Under the pieces are notes generated by a model. That model was not told the origin of the DNA, made no database searches, and saw only the letters and a program-made list of their open reading frames with translations. Positions 30,702-41,820 of a DNA stretch of 64,000 nucleotides are shown one piece after another. Made by a program: the position numbers and the translations under genes. Location: the NCBI GenBank assembly GCA_963804995.1, contig CAWDSK010000005.1, positions 960,001-1,024,000 of the forward strand, in the 5' to 3' direction. The first letter of the stretch is position 1, and the number at the start of each line of letters is the position of its first letter. Origin of the DNA: an uncultured Acidobacteriota bacterium (GTDB lineage: Bacteria; Acidobacteriota; Terriglobia; UBA7540).

Positions 30702-31187
30702 ATGGCCAATAGTAGTCGAACCGCAGTCTTGATGTTTATCGCGGGCGGCATCGTCGGTGCACTCGCGATTTACCTGTCGCTCGGCAGCAAACCGAAAATT
30801 ACACCCCCGCCCCAGCCACAGCCCACACCTATCGTGCGTCAAATGGCTCCCTGCGGCCAGTTTACGGGACGTGTGATGATCACCGTGTTGACCACAAAAC
30901 CTTTTGTTGACTGCCAGGGCGTGACCATGAACGTCCACGACTCCATCGAGTGGACGCCTGGCCCCGGCGTCACCAACTTCGTCATCGACTTTAAGATGAG
31001 TAAGAAACCCTTCAAGGACAAGAACGCAAATAAGAAGGGACATTTCACTGAAAAGCCTGGAGAATCCTCAGGCGAGGCGGATGACCCGTGTCCGGGCACG
31101 AACCCTTGCGCACCGTACTTTCCTTATAGCATTTCGGTAAACGGGGGTCCACCCTTCGACCCGGGCGTTATCATCACCAGGCCTTAA
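30702..31187 (+). CDS. Hypothetical membrane-anchored or secreted protein
   Basis: AGGAGG RBS; N-terminal TM, Pro-rich linker, two Cys pairs, FDPGVII end. Confidence 0.7.
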   Translation: MANSSRTAVLMFIAGGIVGALAIYLSLGSKPKITPPPQPQPTPIVRQMAPCGQFTGRVMITVLTTKPFVDCQGVTMNVHDSIEWTPGPGVTNFVIDFKMSKKPFKDKNANKKGHFTEKPGESSGEADDPCPGTNPCAPYFPYSISVNGGPPFDPGVIITRP

Positions 31188-31399
31188 AAACGCGGGGGGT
31201 ATTTTGAAACGGCAGCTCCCGCCCGTTTCTGCACCGTGGGCTTCGGCTTGTTACGGGCTGCTAAGGTTCCGTGATTAGTTATCAGCGGGCAGAGTTCGCG
31301 GGTCAAATGTCGCCGACGGTCCAGTGTGGACAGGCATGCCGTTCTGAGGACGGCGCAACACATGCGCCGCCGCCCCGCCCATTTTCTCCTGGTGGTCCG

Positions 31400-31762
31400 A
31401 TGCAACCTGAACGCCAGGTATCCGTCGCCTTTATTGGGATTGGTGCAGCACTGGTCATCCCCGAATATGTCGCCCTGTCGCGCCACCCGGGCGTCACGCC
31501 AGGCGCCAGCCTCGCGGTCGGGACGGTACTGGGAGCACTCGGTGTGCTCCTCGGTAGTCTCGTTATCAGCTCGCACCCGGCGCGCTCGGCGCGTGTGCTG
31601 GGCTTGGGGTTCTGGATCTTGGTGGCTCTGGCGTTCAGTGCAGCGGCCTTCGCGGGCGCCCTGCACTGCGCTGGATGGGGGCGTCGCATTGTCTTTGGAC
31701 TGGCGGGAGTCCTGCCACTGGTGGGTCCAATCCTGGTCCTGGCCCGGGGGGACGCGGCGTAA
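31400..31762 (+). CDS. Hypothetical integral membrane protein
   Basis: About four hydrophobic segments; start uncertain. Confidence 0.4.
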   Translation: MQPERQVSVAFIGIGAALVIPEYVALSRHPGVTPGASLAVGTVLGALGVLLGSLVISSHPARSARVLGLGFWILVALAFSAAAFAGALHCAGWGRRIVFGLAGVLPLVGPILVLARGDAA

Positions 31763-32245
31763 CCAGTTGCGGAGTAGGCTGGCACAGAGCGATCTCAGCT
31801 CTCGCGAGGTGAAACCTGTATAATCTGGCCTTTCAGTGGCAAATCCCACCAGCGGCACCGTAGAGAGGGACGAGAACTGGGCGCAGAGCAGCGATGCCGC
31901 AACCAAAAGAGAATCATAGCCCTCTCCGCAGGGGAGAGGGTGGACCGCGGCCGGCGTACTCATCAGCCGGCGCGGGACGGGTGAGGGGTCACTTTCGGGA
32001 AGTAGCACAAGATTCTTCTAAAAAGACAAGAAATTACGGTATTGCATAGCAGAGCGCGTTTGGTGCGGCAGCGACCTCAGAGGCTGCGGCTCCGCGTCTC
32101 GACTCGCCCAGGTTGTGGGACCTGATAGCTCTGGTTCTGCTTACGGCTTCGTCCCGGGCAAAGACTTGAGTCCGTTCAAAAGGCCCGTCTCGAAATCTAA
32201 AGCCGCGCGCCTGGCAAAGTCGAAGCGGGGCGCAAGGGAGAGAAA

Positions 32246-32530
32246 ATGCAGTCTGCTTTCCGAAAAGTAGCCCTTCTGGCGTTCATGCTATGTGCATTGG
32301 CCTGGCCCGTGGGCTTGACCGCGCCAGCGCAGCAGAAACTTAAGAACCCCGTGATCCCATTTCACAAGACCAACGCGAGCCCGGCCCCGGCGGCTGGGCT
32401 TCCAGACCGGGCGCCAAAGCCCAAAGTGAAGAAGAACTCGATAGATGGTCTTAAATACGTGTGGGTACCCCCGGGAACATTTATGATGGGCTGCTCGCCA
32501 GGGGACAATGAGTGTGTCGACAATGAATCG
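32246..32530 (+). pseudogene. N-terminal fragment of an FGE-sulfatase/SUMF1-domain protein
   Basis: Signal peptide then DGLKYVWVPPGTFMMGCSPGD.EC..NE; similarity stops abruptly afterwards. Confidence 0.7.
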
Positions 32531-32660
32531 CAGGCCGCCGTCGCTTTGCAGGTTGCCATGGTATTTGGCGCTGATATGATTGGCCGCCGAGCCGCCTTTT
32601 CTTATTTGAAGATTCAGGCCGAATGCTGCAACCTATCGGGAAATCCAAAGGGGTGCTCCA

Positions 32661-33434
32661 ATGATCGATACAAATGTCGATTTGTTTCGCTGGCCCTTCC
32701 GCCGCTTGGCAGGGGATGATCCCGCCGACCTCGTGGCCCGGCTTCGCCAGAAGGGGGTGACGCAGGCCTGGGCGGGCAGTTTCGAAGGGGTGCTGCATCG
32801 GGATGTGGAGGGCGTGAACCGGCGCCTGGCCGCCGCGTGCCGCGAGCATGGGCCGAATTTCCTGCTCCCCTTCGGCACCGTCAATCCCAAGGAGCCCGAC
32901 TGGCAGGAAGATTTAAGACGCTGCCAGGAAGTGCACAAGATGCCGGGCATTCGTTTGCACCCGGACTATCACGCTTACGGGCTCGATGATCCGGCGGCTG
33001 CCGAGTTGTTTTCCCTGGCGGCGAAGCGCAACCTCGTGGTCCAGATTGCTTACGGCATGGAGGACCCCCGCACCCAGTTTCCGCTCATGCTGGTGCCGCC
33101 CGTGGACCTCCGCCCTCTGCCTAATGTGGTAAGGAACACCCCGAGTCTGCGTGTCGAAGTGCTCAACTGGGGGCACTGGGGCGACGGCCGCGCCGGTAAC
33201 TTGAATGAGATGGGCAAGATTGAGAACATCTATTTCGATATTGCCATGACGGAGAAAGTGGGCGGAGTCGCGCGCCTGATTGCGGATACTTCACCTTCGC
33301 GTGTGGTGTTTGGTTCGCACTATCCCTTTTTGTATTTCGATTCCGCGGTGCTGAAGGTGCGGGAAGCAGGCCTTACCGATGAGCAGGCCCATGCGGTGCT
33401 GGAAGGCAATGCCCGCACGTTGCTCAAGGGGTAA
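32661..33434 (+). CDS. Amidohydrolase_2 family protein
   Basis: GIRLHPDYH, VVFGSHYP, GNA. Confidence 0.85.
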   Translation: MIDTNVDLFRWPFRRLAGDDPADLVARLRQKGVTQAWAGSFEGVLHRDVEGVNRRLAAACREHGPNFLLPFGTVNPKEPDWQEDLRRCQEVHKMPGIRLHPDYHAYGLDDPAAAELFSLAAKRNLVVQIAYGMEDPRTQFPLMLVPPVDLRPLPNVVRNTPSLRVEVLNWGHWGDGRAGNLNEMGKIENIYFDIAMTEKVGGVARLIADTSPSRVVFGSHYPFLYFDSAVLKVREAGLTDEQAHAVLEGNARTLLKG

Positions 33435-33467
33435 GACTTTCTATCGAATCGGTTGGGAGGTTTACTT

Positions 33468-34439
33468 ATGAAGAAAAAGAGCGTGTCTCGTCGTGAGTTC
33501 TTGCAGCGGACTTCCGCGGGCCTCGCTGTTGCCGGTGTGGGGAGCGCAGCGGCAATCGACAATCCCAAGTCCGCACCACAAACCAAGACACCGCAGGCCC
33601 CGGAGCATGGGGTGGCGATCGAGGACGTGGGGAGCCGGCTCAAGTCCTACCACATCTGGGATGTGCATACCCACCTCAACCGGTTCGCGGGCGCGACGAC
33701 GGAGGAGAAGGTGGACGATTGCCTCCGTTGGGCCGACCACATGGGGGTCGAGCGCATGCTGCTGCTTACGGCGGGTTCCGGTGGACGCGACCCGGATGCC
33801 GAAGGAATGCACGCGATGAACGATGAGTGCATCAAGGCTGTTAAGAAGGCTCCGGACCGCTTCTTCGGCTGCGCTTTCATGAATCCCATTTACGGGCAGG
33901 CCTGTATCGATGAGATCAACCGCTGCGTGCGCGACGGTCCTCTGGTGGGCCTGAAATTTGAATTTGATACGGTTCGCCTGGCGAGCTCGCCGGAGATGGA
34001 TCCCATCATCGCGCGCATCGGCGAGCTGTACGGCGTGGTCATGCAGCACACCTTCATCGAGACCGGCGGGAATTTTCTCGGGGAATCGACGCCAGTGGAA
34101 TTGGCTGAACTGGCGCGGCGCCATTCCTCCGTGAGTATTTTCTGCGGCCACACGGGAGGCACTTGGGAAGTGGGAATCCGCGGTATGAAGGGAGTTCCGA
34201 ACCTCTACTCCGACCTGTCGGGGTCTGATCCCATGGCGGGCTTTACGGAGATGGCGGTCCGCGAGCTGGGTCCCGAGCGCGTTCTGTATGGCAGCGACAT
34301 CGAGGGGCGCAGCTTTGCCTCGCAGATCAGCAAGGTGCTGGGCGCGAACCTTCCGGAGTCCACGCGCCGCCTTATCCTGGGCGGAAACATGCGCCGCTTG
34401 ATGGAACCGGTGATGAAAGCCAGGGGGATGAAGATATGA
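33468..34439 (+). CDS. Amidohydrolase_2 family protein with Tat signal
   Basis: SRREFL; DVHTH, GHTGG, LYGSD. Confidence 0.88.
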   Translation: MKKKSVSRREFLQRTSAGLAVAGVGSAAAIDNPKSAPQTKTPQAPEHGVAIEDVGSRLKSYHIWDVHTHLNRFAGATTEEKVDDCLRWADHMGVERMLLLTAGSGGRDPDAEGMHAMNDECIKAVKKAPDRFFGCAFMNPIYGQACIDEINRCVRDGPLVGLKFEFDTVRLASSPEMDPIIARIGELYGVVMQHTFIETGGNFLGESTPVELAELARRHSSVSIFCGHTGGTWEVGIRGMKGVPNLYSDLSGSDPMAGFTEMAVRELGPERVLYGSDIEGRSFASQISKVLGANLPESTRRLILGGNMRRLMEPVMKARGMKI

Positions 34440-35209
34440 TCGATACCAATGTGAATCTTTTTCAATGGCCTTTCCGCCGTTTGGCGGGCGATGATCCTGC
34501 TAGCCTGGTTGCCAACCTGCGCAAGAAGGGCGTGACCGAGGCCTGGGCGTGCGGCTACGAAAGCCTGTTGTACCGGGATACGGCGGGGGTGAATGCGCGC
34601 CTGGCCGCCGCCTGCCGGCAACACGGGCCGAACTTTCTGGTACCCTTTGGCAGCATCAACCCCAGGCTGCCGGGCTGGCAGGAAGACGTTGAGCGCTGCG
34701 TTGAAGTGCACAAGATGCCGGGCATTCGCCTGCATCCGAACTATCACGGCTACATGCTGGACGATCCGGCAGTGGCCGAGCTTCTGGGTCTGGCGGTCGC
34801 GAAGAATCTGGTGGTGCAGATCGCCATCTCCATGGAGGACGTGCGGGTGCAATTCCCGCTCATGAAGGTTCCCCCCGTGGACCCGGGACCGCTGGTTGAC
34901 CTGCTGAAGCGCACCCCCGCCCTGCGCGTGCAACTCCTGAACGCTGGATATCATGGTGGCGTCAATACCGAGCACTTGGCCGAAATCACGAAGCTTGAGA
35001 ATGTCTACTTTGATTTCACCTGTCAGGAAGGCGTGGGCGGGGTCGCGAAGCTGATCGCGCAAAGCTCTCCGAAGCGCGTGGTCTTCGGGTCCCACTATCC
35101 CTTCTTCTATTTTGAATCGTCGTTACTGAAGGTTTACGAGGCGCACCTGCCGGCGGATCAGGAGGAAGCAGTGCTGGAAGGCAACGCCCGCGTCCTGATG
35201 GGACGTTGA
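34436..35209 (+). CDS. Amidohydrolase_2 family protein, paralog of 32661
   Basis: Same length and colinear with the 32661 protein. Confidence 0.85.
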   Translation: MIDTNVNLFQWPFRRLAGDDPASLVANLRKKGVTEAWACGYESLLYRDTAGVNARLAAACRQHGPNFLVPFGSINPRLPGWQEDVERCVEVHKMPGIRLHPNYHGYMLDDPAVAELLGLAVAKNLVVQIAISMEDVRVQFPLMKVPPVDPGPLVDLLKRTPALRVQLLNAGYHGGVNTEHLAEITKLENVYFDFTCQEGVGGVAKLIAQSSPKRVVFGSHYPFFYFESSLLKVYEAHLPADQEEAVLEGNARVLMGR

Positions 35210-35343
35210 AACTTGAGAGTGTCAGCCTGCCCGTGCAAGCCTCATGCAGGGCTCCGTCCAAGTCGAGCACGTCCAGGTTGAGCAATTGCTTGCTGAGGTC
35301 AAAAGCGCTACCATGACGCCGATTCTCACTCGCGGAGCCTGGC

Positions 35344-36538
35344 ATGAACAGTGCATCCACACCGGCTGAAGTGGTTGAGAGCGGAACTGCCGCCGCTCCC
35401 CCCTTGAAAGCCAAAGAGCGGTTACTGTCCCTTGATATCTTTCGCGGTATGACCCTTATTGCTATGACTATGGTGAACATGCCCGGCGACGAGCATTTTA
35501 GCTACGCGCCGTTCACGCATGTCCGATGGAATGGCTGGACGATCGCGGATCTGATTTTCCCCTTCTTCATTTTTATTGTGGGCGTCGCCATGCCGTATTC
35601 CTTTGCCGGGCGGCTGGCGCGGGGGGAATCGAAGGGAAAGCTCGTCGCTCATATTCTGCTGCGCACCACGATCCTGTTCGCGGTCGGTGTCTTCATGAAC
35701 TGGTATACAAATTTCATGGGTGGCACTGACAGGTATCATCTCGCGAATATCCGCATTTTTGGCGCGCTGCAAAGAATTGCCCTATGTTATTTCTTCGCCT
35801 CACTTCTCTATTTGAAGCTCAAGCCGAAGGGCCTGGCGATAACCTCCGCCACCATCCTGGTGCTTTACTTCATCCTCCTCAAATTCATTCCGGTTCCCGG
35901 CCACGGAGCCGGAGTGCTGGTAAGGGACGGCAACTGGGTGCAGTTCATCGATCTCCACCTCATGCCCGGGCACCTGGGCAGCGCCACATGGGAATCAAAA
36001 GGATTTTTGGGGACCTTGCCCGTGCTGGCCGGCATGCTGATCGGCGTGCTGGCGGGACTGTATTTGCGGTCCGCCCACTCGGCCATGGAAAAAGTCCGCG
36101 CCTTTCTGGTGGCGGGAAACGTGGGGCTTCTGCTGGGTTTGATTTGGAATGTATGGCTGCCCATCAACCAGAACTTGTGGACCAGTTCGCTTGTGGTTTT
36201 CATCTCAGGCATGGCTCTGGTCATCCTGGCGTGCTGCTACTATCTGGCGGACGTTCCGGAAAATCACCTGGTGGACGAAACCCTTTGTCATCGTCGGGGT
36301 CAATTCACTTTTCCTCTGGGTACTGGGTGGCGACGGCAGTTCCGTGACCAACCTGGAACTCATCAGAATCCATCTGGGGAACGGCACACAGGTTTCCTTG
36401 AAGACGTTGATCTACAATTTCCTCGCTGCACGGGTCGGCCCGGCCAACGGCTCCGAGCTGTACGCGGCTGCTTGGATGGCTCTGTGGCTGGGAATCCTCG
36501 CGATCATGTATAGGAAGCGAATCTTCATCAAGATATGA
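35344..36538 (+). CDS. HGSNAT-like membrane acyltransferase (frameshift at about 36256)
   Basis: RLLSLDIFRG, H..WNG.T.ADL.FP.F, G.LQRI, PIN.NLWTSS, C-terminal IFIKI. Confidence 0.88.
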
Positions 36539-36669
36539 TGGGGCGGCGCTGATCGCGCCGTGGGGCTTCAACAAATCCCAAAGGCAAGGCAGGCCCCGGC
36601 TGAGGCCGACGCCTACTCTTCCGTTCTGCGGCATTCGCGGTGTGTCTACTCTGAATTGAGGAGGTTTCT

Positions 36670-37563
36670 ATGTTAAGGAAATTTGCAGCACGCGTCGTGG
36701 CGATAATGGCGGTGGGAATCATCCTGATCGTCGGTATCTCGGCTTCTGCCCAGACCCCCAAGAAGGTTTACATCGAAACCGACATGGAGGGAGTAGACGG
36801 GATTTTCGATTTCGAAATGCAATGCATTCCCTTCAAGAGCCCGCGCTGGAGCGAATCCATCAAGCTGCTCACGGACGAAATCAATGCGGCGGTCGACGGC
36901 CTGCTTGAGGGCGGCGCCACCGACGTCTACATTGGCGACAATCACACCGGCAGCGGCATCCTCTCCGTCATGGATATTCACCCCAAGGCCAAACTCATTA
37001 CGGGATTCCACAGCAAGCCTTCGACCCTTGGGCTCGATCCCTCTTTCAGCGCCATGATTTTTATCGGCCGGCACGCCATGTCGGGGGCGGAGAAGGGAAT
37101 TCTTGCCCACACCAATTCGCTCGATTGGCGGAATGTGTGGGTCAACAACGTGCCCGTGGGCGAGTTCGGATTATGTGCGCTGGTGGGAGCAAGTTTTGGA
37201 GTTCCCACCATTATGGTTTCCGGCGACACCGCCGCCTGCAAGGAGGCTGATAAACTCATTCCGGGAATTGAGTGCGCGGAAGTGAAGTCAGGATTCAACG
37301 CGACTTCAGGGATCATGCTTTCGCACCCCGCCGCGCTGGCCTTGATTCACCAGAAAGCCCGCCGTGCCATGGAACGCTTGCCGGAGTTCAAGCCCTATAA
37401 ACTCGAGAGTCCGGTGGAGATAAAGGTCCAGCTAACTCACGAGTTGGGTGAAACTTCTAACTTGGGTATGCTCTCCCGCGGCGCGGAGGAAGAGCCGGAT
37501 TGGATTTACGTGTTTCGCGGTAAGGATTATCTGGAGGCTTGCCGGAAGTTGGAAGGCCGCTGA
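36670..37563 (+). CDS. M55 family D-aminopeptidase (DppA-like)
   Basis: DMEG, D.H, G.HA, LAHT, GE, SGD. Confidence 0.9.
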   Translation: MLRKFAARVVAIMAVGIILIVGISASAQTPKKVYIETDMEGVDGIFDFEMQCIPFKSPRWSESIKLLTDEINAAVDGLLEGGATDVYIGDNHTGSGILSVMDIHPKAKLITGFHSKPSTLGLDPSFSAMIFIGRHAMSGAEKGILAHTNSLDWRNVWVNNVPVGEFGLCALVGASFGVPTIMVSGDTAACKEADKLIPGIECAEVKSGFNATSGIMLSHPAALALIHQKARRAMERLPEFKPYKLESPVEIKVQLTHELGETSNLGMLSRGAEEEPDWIYVFRGKDYLEACRKLEGR

Positions 37564-37639
37564 GGGGAGCAGCCTGCATGGGCGTTACGGCCTGCCGTCC
37601 CGTCCCGGCTCGATCGCTCGATAACGATGAAAAACGACT

Positions 37640-37850
37640 GTAGCGCGGACCTCCGCTGTTGAGGTCCGCGGTCCTTCATGAGCCACCGAATCAGAGGCCA
37701 GTTCCCAACAGAGGATTTTCGAACGAAGAGCCGCGGACCTCAAAGGCGGAGGTCCGCGCTACGCTTGCTCAACGATGAAAGCAATCCGTGGATTCGGTGG
37801 CATGAATCTAACGAAGAACCGCAGCCCTCAAAGGCGGAGGTCTGCGCTAC
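37640..37850. repeat. GTAG-REP/REPIN cluster (GTAGCGCGGACCTCCGC..TTGAGGTCCGCGG)
   Basis: Inverted pair at 37640-37762 plus a third REP; homologous cluster at 41367-41624. Confidence 0.85.
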
Positions 37851-37897
37851 GTTTCCTGTGGCGCGAGCGGCCCGCCGCCGCCCCCAGCGACAATCCC

Positions 37898-40256
37898 CTA
37901 CGGAGTCACCTTCAACACTCCCTGCAAAACTATATCCGCCGAAGATTTTCCCACCATGATCTCAAACTCACCCGGCACGACCCGCCAGTGCATATCAATG
38001 TCGAGCAATTGGAGATCCTCAGGGCCAAGCTTCAAAGTCACGGTTTTGGTTTGTCCGGGGTCAAGCGCCACGCGCTCAAATCCCCGGAGTTGCTTGACGG
38101 GAGTTGAAACCGGGGCATATTTCTCGTGGATATAGAGCTGGACGGTTTCCACGCCGGCCCGGTCTCCGGTGTTTTTCACGCCCACGCTGATGCGCGCTTC
38201 GCCCGCGGGATGGATCTCCGGCGACTCAATCTTCAGATTGCTATACTCAAAGTTGGTATAGCTCATCCCATAGCCAAAGGGATAGAGCGGCGTCGCGGGC
38301 ATATCGGCGTAACCGCGCCGCATCCAGTACGCCTTGGAGGGTTTGTAATTGTAATACATGGGCAATTGGCCGGAATGCCGGGGGACGGTAATCGCCAGGC
38401 GGCCCGAGGGGTTGTAATTCCCAAAGAGTACATCCGCCACCGCTTCGCCGCCGCGCTCACCGGGTTCCCAGGCTTCCACCAGGGCCGGCACGTGCTCCGA
38501 CGTCCAGCGTGTGGAAAGCGGCCGGCCGTTAATAAGCACCACCACGGTGGGAGTCCCCGTCTCAAAGACCGCCTGAATCAGCTCTTCCTGGACTCCCGAA
38601 AGATCCAGGCTGGCCACGTCGCTCCCTTCACCGTCAGTGGGCCGGCCGTGGCGGTCGCCTCCGTTCGTCTCGTGTTGCCGTTCTCCCACCACCACGATGG
38701 CGACGTCGGCGCCCTTGGCTGCCTTCACGGCGTCGGCAAACCCGCTCTTATCCGTGCCCGTAACTTCACAGCCGCGCACCGCGGTGACTTTGGTTTGCGC
38801 CGAGACCGCGCCCTTGATTCCCTCGATCACGGTGGTCACGTGTTGCAGAACTTTCTTCGGCGAATAATCGCCCAGTTGATTCATCACATCGTCGGCATTG
38901 GGGCCGATCACCGCCACGGATTTCAAATCCTTCTTCAGCGGCAACAGGTTTTTTTCATTCTTGAGTAGCACAATGCCCTCGCGGCCTGCCCGCAGAGCCA
39001 GGTCCTGATGCGCTTTCGAGTGCACCACCTGGACGGCGTGGTCCACATCGACGTAGGGATTCTCAAACAGGCCCAGGTTGAACTTCTGCTCCAGGACTCT
39101 GCGCAGAGCGCGATCGACCAGCGCCATGGGGACTCGGCCCTCCTCCACGCTCTCGACCAGCGGTCCCATGTAGGCAGGCTCGAAACTGATGCCGACATCG
39201 ACGCCGGCCTTGAGTGCCAGCAGGCCCGCTTCTTTTTGGGTGGGGACGATTTGCTCGTAAACGATGGTCCCCAGCCCTCCCCCTTCGCCCACCACGATTC
39301 CCTTGAAGCCGATATCGTTCCGGAGGATATTGTTCATCCACTTCTCGGAAGCGTGCGACGGTACATCTTCGATTTCCGGGTACCCCGCCATCACGCCTAA
39401 AGCTCCGGCCTTGGTAATGCCGCCAATCCAGGGAAGCATGTCGTTCTCGCGCAGCGAGCGTTCCGACATCTCGATAGCACCGCGCTCGAGACCCGCTGAC
39501 GGGCTCGCTTTGCGTGGGGAAATCCGTCAACAAGGCGATGACCTTGTCGGGCCGCGAAATATCAGGGCCTTGCGCGCCGTGCACAAGGGCTTCGCCGATG
39601 CGCATGTAGAGGTAGGGGTCTTCCGTGTAAGCTTCCTCGTTTCGGCCCATGCGCGGATCACGATCCAGTTCCATCACCAGGGTGGAGAGGATGTGGATTC
39701 CGACCGCCCGCGATTCCGCTGCGGCAGCCGCGTAGACGTCGTGCACCAAGTCGAGGTCGAAGGAGCTGCCGATGGCCAGGCCCTCCGGATAAACCGTGGC
39801 GCCGGGGAACATGCCCCCGTGCGTGCCTTCTTCATCTTCCATTACCGGAATCTTCAAGCGCGTCTGGGTGAGCGCGATCTTTTGCAGCTCGTTGAAGTAT
39901 TCCGCCTGCTGGCGTGCGCCTTCTTGCAGAATCTCATTGGCGAGCGTGAAGAAACCGCAGGCGGGCCCGATCTCATTGACGTAAGTTCCGGCGGTGAATT
40001 TCCGGCACGCCTCTTGCTTAGCGGGAATGGTTCTGCCCAGCTCACCCACATAAACACAAGGTAAGTTGAGTTGCCCGACTTTTTCCTTCAGCGTCATCCG
40101 GCTCATCAAGTCGTCGATTCGCTCCTCGACCGTGCGTTTCGGATCGAGGTAGATAGGCATTTGGCCTACGGCCTGAGCGAGGATCATCGAGATCGATCCC
40201 AACGTCACGCTGGCAGCCACCACCGACCACCCAAAAGTTCTCTTCCGCATCGTCAT
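37898..40256 (-). CDS. GH3 beta-glucosidase/xylosidase (frameshift at about 39493)
   Basis: MTLKEKVGQL, RDPR.GR.EE, IVLLKN, NPSGRL, PLYPFGYG.SY, Fn3-like KQLRGF. Confidence 0.9.
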
Positions 40257-40301
40257 TACCTCCGGAGGGCCAGGTGATCTGGCCCGAATTCTATAATTGC
40301 G

Positions 40302-41327
40302 TCACCCCAAATACTCCTTCATCAAACTGATATACCGCCGGCACACATCCTTCATTTCGTTGGCTGCCCCGTCCTGCTCGAGCGATAGGAAGCCCGTGAA
40401 GCCAATTGCCTTCGCCGCGTCCGCGATGGCTTTCAGGTCCATCACCCCGTCGCCAATGGGCACATATTCGCGCATCCGGGCGTCAATGTCACGCAGGTGA
40501 AGGTTCATCAGGTGCCGGTTCGCCTTGTGAATGGCCACCGGAGGGTACTCGCGCTGATTCATGGCCCAACCACAATCGAGGTTGAAGCCAAAAGCCGGAT
40601 CGTGCACGGAGTCCCAGAGGCGCAGGAAACTGTCCGTAACCGGCATCATCGTGTGCGTGTGGTTTTCGATGGAAAACCTCAGCCCTTCTGACTTGGCGCG
40701 CTCCAGACAATCCTTGATAGTCTGAACGAAAAGGCTCCACAGCTTGTCATAATCGTATCCCGGAGCAATTTCGATGTGGAACTTGTCGCCGGGTTTGCCA
40801 TCGCCCATGAAGTAGCGGGGCAGGTAGCCGCTCGTCGAAGTCAGTTCCCGCGCCCAGGGCGCCACAATATTCACCATGGGAGCCCCCAGCTTCTTGGCGA
40901 TGCGGCACCCCTTTTCAAAGTAGTCTAGGCTGACCTTCCTCTCCTCCGGGTTGGTGCTGGTCAGGCCCTCCACCACGGGCTGGAAAAAGGGATACTGATT
41001 GACCACCAGCCGATTCCGCTCGAGTTGTTTCTTGATGCGGTCAATCGTTGCGTCCGTCCAATATTCGTCAACATCCATGCGGGAGTTGGCGATCAGTTCC
41101 ACGCCCTCGAACCCCAGACTGCCAATAATGTCGATGGCCTCCTCCGGGTGAGCGCCGGGACCAAGGCTATGGAAATTCCAGCTCACACATCCGATTTTGG
41201 CGTGCCGCTTGCCTGTTTCCACCGGAGGCTGCGCAGGCGGAACCGCCCCCGCAGCGGGTGCGCCACCACTTGCCATCAAAGAATAACTGCCGACACCTAG
41301 AACCGAAATGAATTCGCGACGTTTCAT
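40302..41327 (-). CDS. Sugar phosphate isomerase/epimerase (AP2-type TIM barrel) with Tat signal
   Basis: KRREF; IENH, NLD.G, HLRD, G.G, SLE. Confidence 0.88.
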   Translation of the reverse strand: MKRREFISVLGVGSYSLMASGGAPAAGAVPPAQPPVETGKRHAKIGCVSWNFHSLGPGAHPEEAIDIIGSLGFEGVELIANSRMDVDEYWTDATIDRIKKQLERNRLVVNQYPFFQPVVEGLTSTNPEERKVSLDYFEKGCRIAKKLGAPMVNIVAPWARELTSTSGYLPRYFMGDGKPGDKFHIEIAPGYDYDKLWSLFVQTIKDCLERAKSEGLRFSIENHTHTMMPVTDSFLRLWDSVHDPAFGFNLDCGWAMNQREYPPVAIHKANRHLMNLHLRDIDARMREYVPIGDGVMDLKAIADAAKAIGFTGFLSLEQDGAANEMKDVCRRYISLMKEYLG

Positions 41328-41366
41328 GAATTGTCTCCTTGTGCACCACTTGACCTACAACCAACC

Positions 41367-41624
41367 GTAGCGCAGACCTCCGCCTTTGAGGTCTGCGGTT
41401 CTTCATTAGCCACCGAATCCGAGGTCACCTTCCGCCAGAGATTTTTCGCACGAAGTGCTCCTTGTAAATTTCCGGGCCCATAAGTTGAAAAGTTAGGATG
41501 TGTAGCGCAGACCTCCGCTGTTGAGGTCTGCGGTTCTTCATTAGCCGTTAAATCCGAGGTCACCTCCTGCCAGAGAGTTTTCGCACGAAGAGCCGCGGAC
41601 CTCAAAGGCGGAGGTCCGCGCTAC
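41367..41624. repeat. GTAG-REP/REPIN cluster
   Basis: Three REPs with conserved spacer, same family as 37640. Confidence 0.85.
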
Positions 41625-41820
41625 GATCCCTCCACTAGGCGAACAATATGAATGCCTAGCCCACTCCCAGTAGTCGAGTTAGCAAATTCCCTAGCCCTCT
41701 CCGAGGGGAGAGGGTGGCCCGCTGCCGGCGCTTTCACCAGCCGGAGCGGGACGGGTGAGGGGTTACGTCTCGTCGCGCTACACTCGCTGCGGATGAATCG
41801 GGGCCTCACTCATCAAAACC

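Noticed and set aside
32150..32240. Possible c-di-GMP riboswitch (GGCAAA words)
   Set aside because: The GAAA tetraloop stem and GACGCAAAGCC spacing are not present.
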